64,000 nucleotides of DNA, taken from contig DCWA01000023.1 of NCBI GenBank assembly GCA_002327445.1, forward strand, positions 71,132 to 135,131, given 5' to 3'. The DNA comes from Desulfobacteraceae bacterium UBA2174. GTDB taxonomy: Bacteria > Desulfobacterota > Desulfobacteria > Desulfobacterales > UBA2174. The number at the start of each line of letters is the position of its first letter. Within the stretch, counting starts at the first letter, position 1. This document shows positions 55,744-64,000 of the stretch, in pieces. The notes under the pieces are model-generated. The model was not told where the DNA came from and made no database searches. It was given only the letters and a program-made list of their open reading frames with translations. Position numbers and translations under genes: made by a program.

Positions 55744-56533
55744 TGAGACCGCTGACGCCCCAGTCGGCCAGCTCGCGCATCCGGTCGGTGGTGTTCACCG
55801 TCCAGACATTGACGTGCCGGCCGGCGTCCCGGATCCGGCGCACCAGCTCCGGAGTGACCATGAGGTGGCCGGGATGGTAGGCGTCCGCGCCCAGCGCCTC
55901 CATCAGGCCCAGGGGGTCCGGGTGGGGTTCCTTCGCGAGGGCGGCCGTGGCATAGGCGGGTCGCAACAATTTGATTTTGATCAAGTAATCGAAGTTGAAG
56001 GATGAGATCAGGACCTGCTCGGGCATGTTCATCCGGTCCAGCACCGCCACGGTCCGTTCCACGATGGCGTCCCCGCCGGTACGCCCGGTCTGGTCCTTGA
56101 GCTCCACGTTGACCACCAGGCCCAGGTCCCGGGTGAGGGCCAGCGCCTCTTCGAGGCTGGGCAGGGGTTCGTTGCGATAGCGCGCCACATCGGCATCGGA
56201 CACCGCGCCGGCGGCGATTTGACCGTGGCGGTCGCGTTGGGCGAAGGGTCCGCCGGTGGACAACTGCCGCAGCTCGGCCAAGGTGAAGCGGGAAACGATG
56301 TACGGCTTGCGGTCGGCAAAGGCGGGATGAACGGCCGCGTCGGTGAGCCGCAGCAAACCGCAGTCATGAATCACGATGGGATGCCCGTCGGCGGTGAGCT
56401 GAACGTCCAGCTCCCACCCGTCGGCCCCCACCTGACGGGCCACGCGGGCGGCGGCCAGGGTGTTTTCAGGCGCCAGGGAACTGCAGCCGCGATGGGCAAG
56501 AATCATCGGCGGACGGAGATTCCGGAAAAACAT
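55712..56533 (-). CDS. Glycerophosphodiester phosphodiesterase family protein
   Basis: Internal ATG of ORF 55712..56608. Motifs: ILAHRGCSSLAPENTL, GWELDVQLTADGHPIVIHD, VNVELK, VNVWTVN. Confidence 0.85.
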   Translation of the reverse strand: MFFRNLRPPMILAHRGCSSLAPENTLAAARVARQVGADGWELDVQLTADGHPIVIHDCGLLRLTDAAVHPAFADRKPYIVSRFTLAELRQLSTGGPFAQRDRHGQIAAGAVSDADVARYRNEPLPSLEEALALTRDLGLVVNVELKDQTGRTGGDAIVERTVAVLDRMNMPEQVLISSFNFDYLIKIKLLRPAYATAALAKEPHPDPLGLMEALGADAYHPGHLMVTPELVRRIRDAGRHVNVWTVNTTDRMRELADWGVSGLITDFPQRWMP

Positions 56534-56544
56534 GGCGCGCCGTC

Positions 56545-56847
56545 TTACATATCGCCCAGGGGGCGCTGGAAAGTGTAGTCGGCCGGCGCCTTTACCAGTT
56601 TTTGGCACGCCTCATCCGAGTTGCCGGCCGCGGCGGAAAACGGGAGCGACACCACGTAGACCACCGCGCCGACCGCGGTGGCAACGATTCCCAGGGGGCG
56701 CAGGAGCAACGCATCGACCACCATCGCGCCGCCGGACCGCTCTTCCAGCGGCTCCGCCTCCCCCACCTCCCGGGCCGCTGCCGCCGGCAGGCCCGCCAGG
56801 CAAATCACCAGGCTGAATACCACGATGAAATGAACCAAGACACGCAT
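56545..56847 (-). CDS. Small exported or membrane protein, unknown function
   Basis: Internal ATG of ORF 56545..57042, with AAGGAG upstream, giving 100 aa. It has a signal-like N-terminus MRVLVHFIVVFSLVICLAGLPAAAA and a second hydrophobic segment. Confidence 0.5.
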   Translation of the reverse strand: MRVLVHFIVVFSLVICLAGLPAAAAREVGEAEPLEERSGGAMVVDALLLRPLGIVATAVGAVVYVVSLPFSAAAGNSDEACQKLVKAPADYTFQRPLGDM

Positions 56848-56971
56848 GGGGACCGCTCCTTTCGATTCGAGGGGAACCTGGCGGGTCCGGGCTTGCCAGG
56901 CATCGGGCCAGACGGTATACCGAAACCGGTTGAACACCTCATTCCTCTTGGGAAAGCTAGATAAATCCCCG

Positions 56972-59419
56972 ATGCCTGTCAAGCGAAAAGAACCGGTGGC
57001 ACCCGTGGTGGAAGTGGCCGTGGCCCTTCCGGTGTTCGGCACCTTCAGCTACCGCGTCCCGGAAATGCTGGCCGATGCGGTCCGCACCGGCGTCCGGGTG
57101 CTGGTCCCATTCAAGAACCGCCGGGCCACGGGCTATGTGCTCGGACCGGGCGAAGCCCCGGCGGGCATCGACCTTCTTGCCGTCGCGGACGTTCTCGATA
57201 CGGCGCCCCTGCTCCCCGAGGCCATGATTCCCTGGCTGCGCTGGATGGCCGACTATTACCTGCACCCCCTGGGCGAAGTGATCCGCACGGCCCTGCCCGG
57301 CGGACTCACCGATGCCGACGTTTCCATCTGGCATCTCACCGGGACCGGCGTGGGGGCCCTGGCCCACGGAGAAATCGAAGCCCCGCACCGCGAACTGCTG
57401 GAGATCCTCCAGCGGCAACCGTCGCGGGTCAGGTCCCTGCGCCGCCGCTTCAAGGCGCCGGGGTTGACCCGGCACCTGGCGGCCCTGGAGCGGCTCGGCT
57501 GGATCGAATGCCGGCGCACCCTGGTGCGCGGGGCCACCCGCCCCAAGAACGAGCGTTTCGTCCGGCTGGCCGATGGGGTGGAACCGTCCACCGTCGGCCC
57601 AAAGGCCGGCACGCTTCTGTTGCCGCTCCTGCAAAACGGCGACGCCGTGTCCATGGCCGACCTGAGGGCCAAAATTCCCAATGCCGCCCGACTGGTCGCC
57701 CGCCTGGCGGCCCGGGGCCAGGTGGTGCTGGAAAAGCATCCGGTGTTCCGGGACCCGTTCGGCGAACCGGTGCACCCGGATTCGCCCCTCCGGCTCAACG
57801 CGGATCAGCAACGCGCGGCGGATACCATCGTGTCGCGCCTCGGCGACGGTTTTTCCACCTTCCTGCTCGCGGGGGTGACGGGCAGCGGCAAGACCGAGGT
57901 TTATCTGCACACAGCCGCCGAGGCTCTCCGGCGGGGGTTGCACGTCCTGGTGCTGGCGCCGGAAATCGCGCTGATCGCCCAGCTCGAACGCCGCTTCCGG
58001 GCGCGCTTCGGCACAGACATCGCCCTGCTGCACAGCGGCCTGTCCGCCGGGGAACGCTTCGACCAGTGGCGGCGCATCGTGGCCGGGGAAACCCGCGTGG
58101 CCATCGGTGCCCGCTCGGCGGTCTTCGCCCCCTTTCCCGCCGCCGGACTCATCATCGTGGACGAGGAGCACGACAGTGCCTTCAAGCAGGAGACCGGTTT
58201 CCACTACAACGCCCGGGACATGGCCATCCTGCGCGGCCGCGGCGACGGCGCCGTGGTGGTGCTCGGTTCGGCCACCCCCTCCATGGCGGCCCTGCAGGCC
58301 GCTTCCGCCGGACGCTACCAACGCCTGGACCTGCCCGGCCGCATCGAGGCACGGCCCTTGCCGTCGGTGGAGGTCGTCGACCTGAAGACGCTCCGGGACA
58401 ACCGCGGCATCCGGCGCTTCCTCAGCGCCCCCCTGCTGACCGGAATGCAGGAAACCTTAAGCCGCGGCGAACAGGTGCTGCTGTTTCTCAACCGGCGCGG
58501 CTTTGCCGGCTGCCCGGTCTGCGCGACCTGCGGGGAGGCCCTGCGCTGCCCCCGCTGCGACATTTCCCTGACGCTGCACCAGGCCAAGGGGGTCTATCAG
58601 TGCCACTACTGCGGCTACCAGCAGCCGGTCGACATCCGCTGCCCCCACTGCGGCGCCGACAAGATCCGCCCCCTGGGTCTGGGCACCGAAAAGCTGGAAG
58701 CGCTGGTGCGGGGGGCCTTCCCCCAAGCCCGCGTGGCGCGCATGGATCGGGACACGGTGGCACGCCGGAGTCAACTGCTCACGATGCTGCGCCAACTCCG
58801 GGAGGGGGCCATCGACGTGCTGGTGGGAACCCAGATGGTGGCCAAGGGGCACGACTTCCCCGGCATCACCCTGGTAGGCATTGTTTGCGCGGACCAGACG
58901 TTGAATTTTCCCGATTTTCGCGCCGGGGAGCGGACCTTTCAGATCCTGGCCCAGGTGGCCGGGCGGGCCGGGCGCGGCCATGTGCCGGGAAGGGTGCTGC
59001 TGCAGACCTTCAATCCTGATCATTTCTGCATCCGGGCGGCCTGCGCCCAGGATCCGGACCTGTTCTACCGCCAGGAAATGGCCCTGCGCGAGACCTTGGC
59101 CTATCCTCCGGTCACCCGCCTGGCCATGGTGCGCCTGGCGGGACGCGAGCCGGAAGGCACCGCCGCCGAAGCCCGGCGCCTGGGGGAAATCTGCCGGCGG
59201 CTGGCCTCCGGGGGGGGAAGGGGCATCGAGGTGCTCGGTCCGGCGCCGGCGCCCATCGAGAGAATCGCGGGGCGCCACCGCTGGCAGATCCTGATCAAGG
59301 ATGCCGACGTCCAGCGCCTGCGCCGCCTGCTGTGCCGGATCCAGGCCGAAGCCCTCGCCGTGCGGCGCCCCCGGGAGGTCCAGGTGGTCATCGACGTGGA
59401 TCCGCAGTCGATGCTATAG
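56972..59419 (+). CDS. priA: Primosomal protein N' (replication restart helicase PriA)
   Basis: Internal ATG of ORF 56846..59419. Motifs: VEVAVALPVFGTFSYRVP, Walker A GVTGSGKTEVY, DEEHD, the Cys-rich region CPVCATCGEALRCPRCDISLTLH...YQCHYCGY...CPHCG, and VGTQMVAKGHDFP. Confidence 0.9.
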   Translation: MPVKRKEPVAPVVEVAVALPVFGTFSYRVPEMLADAVRTGVRVLVPFKNRRATGYVLGPGEAPAGIDLLAVADVLDTAPLLPEAMIPWLRWMADYYLHPLGEVIRTALPGGLTDADVSIWHLTGTGVGALAHGEIEAPHRELLEILQRQPSRVRSLRRRFKAPGLTRHLAALERLGWIECRRTLVRGATRPKNERFVRLADGVEPSTVGPKAGTLLLPLLQNGDAVSMADLRAKIPNAARLVARLAARGQVVLEKHPVFRDPFGEPVHPDSPLRLNADQQRAADTIVSRLGDGFSTFLLAGVTGSGKTEVYLHTAAEALRRGLHVLVLAPEIALIAQLERRFRARFGTDIALLHSGLSAGERFDQWRRIVAGETRVAIGARSAVFAPFPAAGLIIVDEEHDSAFKQETGFHYNARDMAILRGRGDGAVVVLGSATPSMAALQAASAGRYQRLDLPGRIEARPLPSVEVVDLKTLRDNRGIRRFLSAPLLTGMQETLSRGEQVLLFLNRRGFAGCPVCATCGEALRCPRCDISLTLHQAKGVYQCHYCGYQQPVDIRCPHCGADKIRPLGLGTEKLEALVRGAFPQARVARMDRDTVARRSQLLTMLRQLREGAIDVLVGTQMVAKGHDFPGITLVGIVCADQTLNFPDFRAGERTFQILAQVAGRAGRGHVPGRVLLQTFNPDHFCIRAACAQDPDLFYRQEMALRETLAYPPVTRLAMVRLAGREPEGTAAEARRLGEICRRLASGGGRGIEVLGPAPAPIERIAGRHRWQILIKDADVQRLRRLLCRIQAEALAVRRPREVQVVIDVDPQSML

Positions 59420-59476
59420 AATCCTCTGTTTTGCCCCCTTGTCCAACGTCCCCATGCCTACTCGGTCTTCAGCGTC

Positions 59477-59716
59477 TTGGTGGAAGTGCTGCTCAACATC
59501 GGCGGCCACCTCGTCCGGGAGTATCCCTGGTGGAACCGGTCGGTGCAGGGCGTCGTGCTGATCTTCCTATTCGGCTACTTCCACTTCTACGTGGCCTGCA
59601 TCGTCGCCCTGAGCCTCAAAACAATGCGGGCCAAGACGCTCTTTGTCGGCAGCCTCTACGCCATCGCCATCTTCGCCAACGTCATCGCCCCGGGACATTT
59701 GGGGTGGGTGTACTGA
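59477..59716 (+). CDS. Possible small two-TM membrane protein
   Basis: ORF track, 79 aa, with a TTG start and two hydrophobic segments. There is no recognisable RBS and no family assignment. Confidence 0.3.
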   Translation: MVEVLLNIGGHLVREYPWWNRSVQGVVLIFLFGYFHFYVACIVALSLKTMRAKTLFVGSLYAIAIFANVIAPGHLGWVY

Positions 59717-59780
59717 ACCGGGGAACCGGTTCTATCCACGGTGACCGCGATCTCGCGGGTATTCCAATCATGCAAAATCA

Positions 59781-59842
59781 GACTATTTTGAAAGATGCTG
59801 CGGAATAGTCTTGACTATTTTGCAATATGCTGCTGAATAGTC
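59781..59842. promoter_or_regulatory. Two tandem 30-nt palindromic units overlapping a candidate promoter of the downstream ATPase gene
   Basis: The units are gactattttgaaagatgctgcggaatagtc (59781..59810) and gactattttgcaatatgctgctgaatagtc (59813..59842). They are 27/30 identical, and each has perfect 7-bp inverted ends gactatt/aatagtc. TTGACT-N17-TGAATA spans 59811..59839. Confidence 0.55.
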
Positions 59843-59869
59843 GTAATCCAAAACCCGCACGGAGAACCG

Positions 59870-60991
59870 ATGAAACGACTGCTCGAAGCGCATCTGGTCA
59901 GAGACCTTGAAAAAAAAATGGTCTTTTTGACCGGCCCCCGACAGGTCGGCAAAACCTGGCTGGCCAAGGAGATCGCCCGTTCAATTCAGGACAGCGTCTA
60001 CCTGAACTACGACAGCGCCGAAGACCGGGAAATCATCCGCAAGGAGCGTTGGCTGGGCAAAACACGCTTGCTGATCCTGGATGAATTGCACAAGATGCGG
60101 GGATGGAAGAATTACCTGAAAGGCGTCTTCGATACCAAGCCGGATAAAATGATGATTCTGGTAACCGGGAGTGCCCGGCTCGAAACGATGCGCCAGGGAG
60201 GGGATTCCCTGGCGGGACGTTTTTTCAGGCACCGGTTGCTCCCCCTGTCTCCAGCAGAACTGAGGCAAACCAAGGCGACGAACGGCATCGAACGCCTTCT
60301 GGAACGCGGCGGTTTCCCGGAGCCCTTTCTGGCGCAAGATCCCATCGATGCCGACCGGTGGCGCATGCAGTACCTCGACGGGCTGATTCGGGCAGACATC
60401 CTCGATTTTGAAAAGATCCAAGACTTCCGGGCCATTCAAATGGTCCTTGACCTGCTGCGCGGGCGCACCGGTTCACCTGTTTCATACGCATCCATCGCCG
60501 AGGATGTCCAGGTTTCCCCCAACACAGTTAAAAAGTACCTCAACATTTTGGAATCGCTCTATATTATTTTCAAAGTAACGCCTTTTTCGCACAACATTGC
60601 CCGTTCAATCCTGAAGGAACCGAAAATCTATTTTTACGATACCGGTCTGATCCGCGGCGACGAAGGAGCGAGGTTTGAAAACTTGGCGGCCCTCTGCCTG
60701 CTCAAGCAGGTCCATGCCGAGGCCGATCTGCGCGGCCAACCTTGCGCGCTGCATTATCTGAGAACCAAGGACGGCAAGGAAGTTGATTTTTGCCTGGTGC
60801 GCGACAACCAGCCTGAGCTGTTGATCGAGACCAAACGATCGGACGCTGCACCCGCCAAAGGGCTGGTGCATTTTCATCGCCGCTACGCCATCCCCGCGGT
60901 GCAGCTCGTCCTGCATCTCAAACGTGAAAAACGCGAAGACGGAATCGATATCCGCGATGCGGAGGCGTTTCTCGGGGAGCTGCTCGCCTGA
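59870..60991 (+). CDS. AAA-family ATPase with DUF4143 C-terminal domain (COG1373-like)
   Basis: ORF track, 373 aa, with GGAGA upstream. It has Walker A (LTGPRQVGKTWL), Walker B (LLILDELHK) and a C-terminal segment KIYFYDTGL...KEVDFCL. It is visibly AT-richer than its neighbours. Confidence 0.85.
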   Translation: MKRLLEAHLVRDLEKKMVFLTGPRQVGKTWLAKEIARSIQDSVYLNYDSAEDREIIRKERWLGKTRLLILDELHKMRGWKNYLKGVFDTKPDKMMILVTGSARLETMRQGGDSLAGRFFRHRLLPLSPAELRQTKATNGIERLLERGGFPEPFLAQDPIDADRWRMQYLDGLIRADILDFEKIQDFRAIQMVLDLLRGRTGSPVSYASIAEDVQVSPNTVKKYLNILESLYIIFKVTPFSHNIARSILKEPKIYFYDTGLIRGDEGARFENLAALCLLKQVHAEADLRGQPCALHYLRTKDGKEVDFCLVRDNQPELLIETKRSDAAPAKGLVHFHRRYAIPAVQLVLHLKREKREDGIDIRDAEAFLGELLA

Positions 60992-61039
60992 TTTTGCAGG
61001 ATCTTTTTTCCCTTGAAGGCGGTATTGGCAACACGGCTG

Positions 61040-61975
61040 TCAGGCACCGAGATGAGCGTCGAGCCAGGCGATGGCGTCATCGAAAACCTCCCGGCGGTTG
61101 ATCTCGTTGAGCATCTCGTGGCGGCCGCCCGCGTAGAAGCGCACCACCACGTCCCGGATGCCGGTGCGGCGATAGGCGTCGGCCACCTGCCGGACGCCCC
61201 GGGTGCGGCCGCCCACCGGATCGGCGGCCCCCGAGAAGAGATAGATGGGCAGGTCCTTGGGAATTCTGGCGATATTCTCCGGTTTGTGGATGTAGGCGAT
61301 GCCTTCGAGAAGGTCGACAAAAAAGCCGGCGCTGAAGACGGCGCCGCAAAACGGGTCGGCGATGTAGCGGTCCACCTCGGCGCCGTCCCGGGAAAGCCAG
61401 TCGAACTCGGTGCGCGCCGGGGCGAACGGCTTGTTGAAGCCGCCGAAGGACAGCGTGTTGAGCAGCCGGCTGGGATGACGGGGCCCTTTTAAGGCCGCCA
61501 CGGTCCGGGCGATCACCAGACCCACCTTGCCCGCCAGCCCCGGATCGCCCCCGGTGCCTGAAAGGACCACGCCGGCGAGATCCCCGGCATCCCGGGTGAT
61601 GACGGTGCGCACCAGAAACGATCCCATGCTGTGGCCCAGGAGGAATATGGGAACGCCGGGATGGTTTCCGCGAATGATGCCCGTCAGTTGCGCCAGGTCG
61701 CCGGCCACCTTGAACCACCCGTCATGGTCGGCGAAGTAGCCGGTGCTGGCCGGATCCCCGGCGGTGCGGCCGTGGCCCCGGTGGTCGTTGGCGTAGACCG
61801 CGTAGCCGGCCGCGACCAGGGCGTCGGCGAAACGCCCGTAGCGCCCGGCGTGCTCGGCCATGCCGTGGGCGATCTGGACCACGGCCTTGATGGGCGCACC
61901 CGTGTCGGGGACCCAGCGGTAGGTGAAGATATCGCTGCCGTCATCGGTGCAAAAGGTGAACGTGTCCGATGGCAT
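61040..61975 (-). CDS. Alpha/beta hydrolase, lysophospholipase/monoglyceride-lipase-like
   Basis: ORF track, 311 aa. Motifs: VVQIAHGMAEHAGRY, NDHRGHGRT, nucleophile elbow GHSMGS, GRHEMLNE. Confidence 0.85.
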   Translation of the reverse strand: MPSDTFTFCTDDGSDIFTYRWVPDTGAPIKAVVQIAHGMAEHAGRYGRFADALVAAGYAVYANDHRGHGRTAGDPASTGYFADHDGWFKVAGDLAQLTGIIRGNHPGVPIFLLGHSMGSFLVRTVITRDAGDLAGVVLSGTGGDPGLAGKVGLVIARTVAALKGPRHPSRLLNTLSFGGFNKPFAPARTEFDWLSRDGAEVDRYIADPFCGAVFSAGFFVDLLEGIAYIHKPENIARIPKDLPIYLFSGAADPVGGRTRGVRQVADAYRRTGIRDVVVRFYAGGRHEMLNEINRREVFDDAIAWLDAHLGA

Positions 61976-62043
61976 GAGCCCCCCTTCCTTTTTCTGTCCG
62001 ACCCGTCAGACAGGCCCGACGGCCTGCGTGAAAACCTCAATTT

Positions 62044-63204
62044 TCAAGACAACCGATTCTTGAAATCCCCGTACCCGAAGCGCCGCACCACCTCCAGCGC
62101 CCCCGTGCGGCTGTCGTAGCGGGCGATGGCCGGCAGGGGCACCCCGTTGAAGGTGTTGGTCTTGACCATGGAATAGATCGCCATGTCCAGGAATGCCAGC
62201 CGGTCGCCGGGACGCAGCGCGGCATCGAAGCTGTAGTCGCCGATGACATCGCCGGCCAGGCAGCTTTTGCCCGCCAGACGGTAACTGAAGGCCTTTTCCC
62301 CCGTCCGGCCGGCGCCGATCACCTCGGGCCGGTAGGGCATCTCGAGTACGTCGGGCATGTGGCAGGACGCCGAGGTGTCCAGGATGGCCACCGGCAGGGC
62401 GTCGGTTGGCACCACGTCCAACACGCTGGCCACCAGCAGGCCGGCATTCAAGGCCACCGCCTCGCCCGGCTCGAGGTACACCCGCACCCCGTAGCGGGTT
62501 TTCACCCGCTCGATGCAGTCGCACAGCAGGTCGATGTCGTAGTCGGCCCGGGTAATGTGGTGGCCGCCGCCCATGTTGAGCCATTTGAGCCGGGACAGAA
62601 AGGCGCCGAACTTCTCCTCCACGGCCTCCAGGGTACGCGCCAAGGCGTCGGCGTTGTGCTCGCAGAGACTGTGAAAGTGCAGCCCGTCGATGTCGGCCAG
62701 CATCTCGGCCGCGAAGTCCTTCCGTCTCACCCCGAGGCGCGAGCCGGCGTTGCACGGATCGTAGATCGCCACCTTCCCTTCGGAATGCTCCGGATTGATA
62801 CGGATGCCGACCTCGATGGGCCGATCGGCGGCCCGCACCCGGGGCAGGAAACGGCGCAACTGGCCGAAGGAGTTGAACACGATGTGATCGCCCAGCACGA
62901 CCAACTCCTCGATATCTTCTGGCGTGTAGGCCGGCGAGGCCACGTGCACCTCGCCGCCGAAGGTCTCGCGGCCCAGGCGAGCCTCATAAGGGCCGCTGGC
63001 GCAGGTGCCGGCGAGTACGCCCCGGAGCGGCCCGAAGGTGGCGAAAGTGGCAAACCCCTTTAACGCCAAGAGAATCCTAGCTCCAGTGCGCCGCTGCACC
63101 CCGTCGAGGACTGCGGCGTTGGCCGCCAGGACCGCCTCGTCCACCACGAAGCATGGCGAGGGGAGGCGCGCCGGGTTCAGTCGTTCCAGGTACGCTCGGT
63201 CCAT
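62044..63204 (-). CDS. nspC: Carboxynorspermidine/carboxyspermidine decarboxylase
   Basis: Internal ATG of ORF 62044..63924, giving 386 aa. Motifs: PSPCFVVDEAVL, ILLALKGFA, HFHSLCE, LNMGGGHH, YLEPGEAV, CLAGDVIGDY. Confidence 0.9.
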   Translation of the reverse strand: MDRAYLERLNPARLPSPCFVVDEAVLAANAAVLDGVQRRTGARILLALKGFATFATFGPLRGVLAGTCASGPYEARLGRETFGGEVHVASPAYTPEDIEELVVLGDHIVFNSFGQLRRFLPRVRAADRPIEVGIRINPEHSEGKVAIYDPCNAGSRLGVRRKDFAAEMLADIDGLHFHSLCEHNADALARTLEAVEEKFGAFLSRLKWLNMGGGHHITRADYDIDLLCDCIERVKTRYGVRVYLEPGEAVALNAGLLVASVLDVVPTDALPVAILDTSASCHMPDVLEMPYRPEVIGAGRTGEKAFSYRLAGKSCLAGDVIGDYSFDAALRPGDRLAFLDMAIYSMVKTNTFNGVPLPAIARYDSRTGALEVVRRFGYGDFKNRLS

Positions 63205-64000
63205 GGCAGTCCGTAACGGTTCATCGCGTCCATGAAGGGATCCGGGTCGAGCTGCTCCATGTTGAACACCCCCTGGCCGCGCCATTGGCCGGTGAGCATC
63301 AGCATGGCGCCGATCATGGCCGGCACTCCGGTGGTGTAGGAGATCGCCTGGGAGCCGGTCTCGGCGTAGGCCGCCTCGTGATCGCAGATGTTGAAAACGT
63401 AATAGCGCTTCGGCTTTCCGCCCTTCACGCCCCGCATGAGGCAGCCGATGCAGGTCTTGCCCCGGGTCTTGGGCCCCAGGCTGGCGGGATCGGGCAGCAG
63501 GGCCTTCAGAAACTGCAAGGGCACGATTTTCGTACCGCCAAAGTCCACCGGGTCGATGCGCGTCATGCCGACATTCCCCAGCACTTCCAGGTGCTTGAGA
63601 TAGCTGTCGCCGAAGGTCATCCAAAAGCGGGCCCGTTTGAGCCCCGGCAGGTTGCGCACCAGCGATTCCAGCTCCTCGTGGTACATGAGGTAGCACTTCT
63701 TCGGGCCGATCCCCTCGGGGAAATCGTAGGTCATGGACCAGGCCAGCGGGTCGGTCTCGATCCAGTCCCCCCGGTCCCAGTAGCGCCCCCGGGCCGTCAC
63801 CTCGCGGATGTTGATCTCCGGGTTGAAGTTGGTGGCGAAGGGCTGTCCGTGGTCGCCGGCATTGCAGTCGATGATGTCCAGCTCGTGGATCTCGTCGAAA
63901 TGGTGCTTGGCCGCGTGGGCGCAAAAGACGTTGGTGGCCCCCGGGTCGAAGCCGCTGCCCAGCAGAGCCATGATCCCTTTGGCGGCGAATCGCTCCTGGT
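63177..64000 (-). CDS. Carboxynorspermidine synthase (saccharopine dehydrogenase family); 5' end outside the window
   Basis: ORF 63177..63971 stays open upstream to the window edge (..QERFAAKGIMALLGSGFDPG). Motifs: IDCNAGDHGQPFATNFNPEINIREV, YTTGVPAMIGA. It overlaps the nspC start by 28 nt. Confidence 0.85.
   Translation of the reverse strand, partial: QERFAAKGIMALLGSGFDPGATNVFCAHAAKHHFDEIHELDIIDCNAGDHGQPFATNFNPEINIREVTARGRYWDRGDWIETDPLAWSMTYDFPEGIGPKKCYLMYHEELESLVRNLPGLKRARFWMTFGDSYLKHLEVLGNVGMTRIDPVDFGGTKIVPLQFLKALLPDPASLGPKTRGKTCIGCLMRGVKGGKPKRYYVFNICDHEAAYAETGSQAISYTTGVPAMIGAMLMLTGQWRGQGVFNMEQLDPDPFMDAMNRYGLPWTERTWND

Noticed and set aside
62044-63924. A 626-aa minus-strand ORF treated as one gene.
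   Set aside because: The N-terminal 240 residues are an out-of-frame overlap with the carboxynorspermidine synthase gene (63177..64000). The decarboxylase homology starts at MDRAYLERLNP (63204).
1-64000. tRNA, rRNA, tmRNA, RNase P, SRP RNA, riboswitches, transposases, integrases, prophage or known defence-system genes.
   Set aside because: I recognised none while reading the intergenic regions and ORF translations. Structured RNAs in particular cannot be excluded by eye. Running tRNAscan-SE, Infernal/Rfam and defence-system HMM scans would settle this.

Overview
This is a very GC-rich, gene-dense 64-kb chromosomal segment. Its gene content includes a CODH/ACS delta subunit, the corrinoid reductive activator RACo, a NapH-like polyferredoxin, a BadF/BcrA-type activase and PAS hybrid kinases. 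That content suggests an anaerobic Desulfobacterota-like organism, but this is inference only.

I can support about 50 protein genes on both strands. Most are housekeeping or central metabolism: tatA, ssb, dus, hisC, hsp20, tkt, ihfA, clpB, pdxS/pdxT with a MocR regulator, priA, and the nspC/CANSDH polyamine genes.

I recognised no rRNA, tRNA, CRISPR array, transposase, integrase or known defence system. Because of the GC content, almost every real gene casts a long antisense ORF in the track; I rejected these.

No unmistakable novel multi-gene system stands out. The best candidates are:
- A Tat-signal DUF362 protein translationally coupled to a fused NapH+NapG-like polyferredoxin that carries an internal twin-arginine motif, arranged divergently from RACo.
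- A 1755-aa single-chain tandem UvrA whose second unit lacks the insertion domain.
- A Pat-type GNAT fused to an acetyl-CoA hydrolase/transferase domain.
- A DUF1848 protein (C-terminal CX3CX2C) embedded in a dus-ssb operon.
- An orphan 1450-aa activase/dehydratase-like fusion.

Non-coding structure not explained by genes includes:
- Families of intergenic palindromes built from 9-nt-phased units, one of which brackets a hybrid kinase gene.
- A 6-copy 26/27-nt tandem array upstream of clpB.
- An identical bipartite promoter-like motif upstream of clpB and hsp20.
- Two decayed genes: a histidine-kinase fragment and a DUF4143 ATPase.
- An AT-richer islet carrying an intact DUF4143 ATPase behind tandem palindromic 30-mers.

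All family assignments come from motif recognition by eye and need profile searches to confirm.
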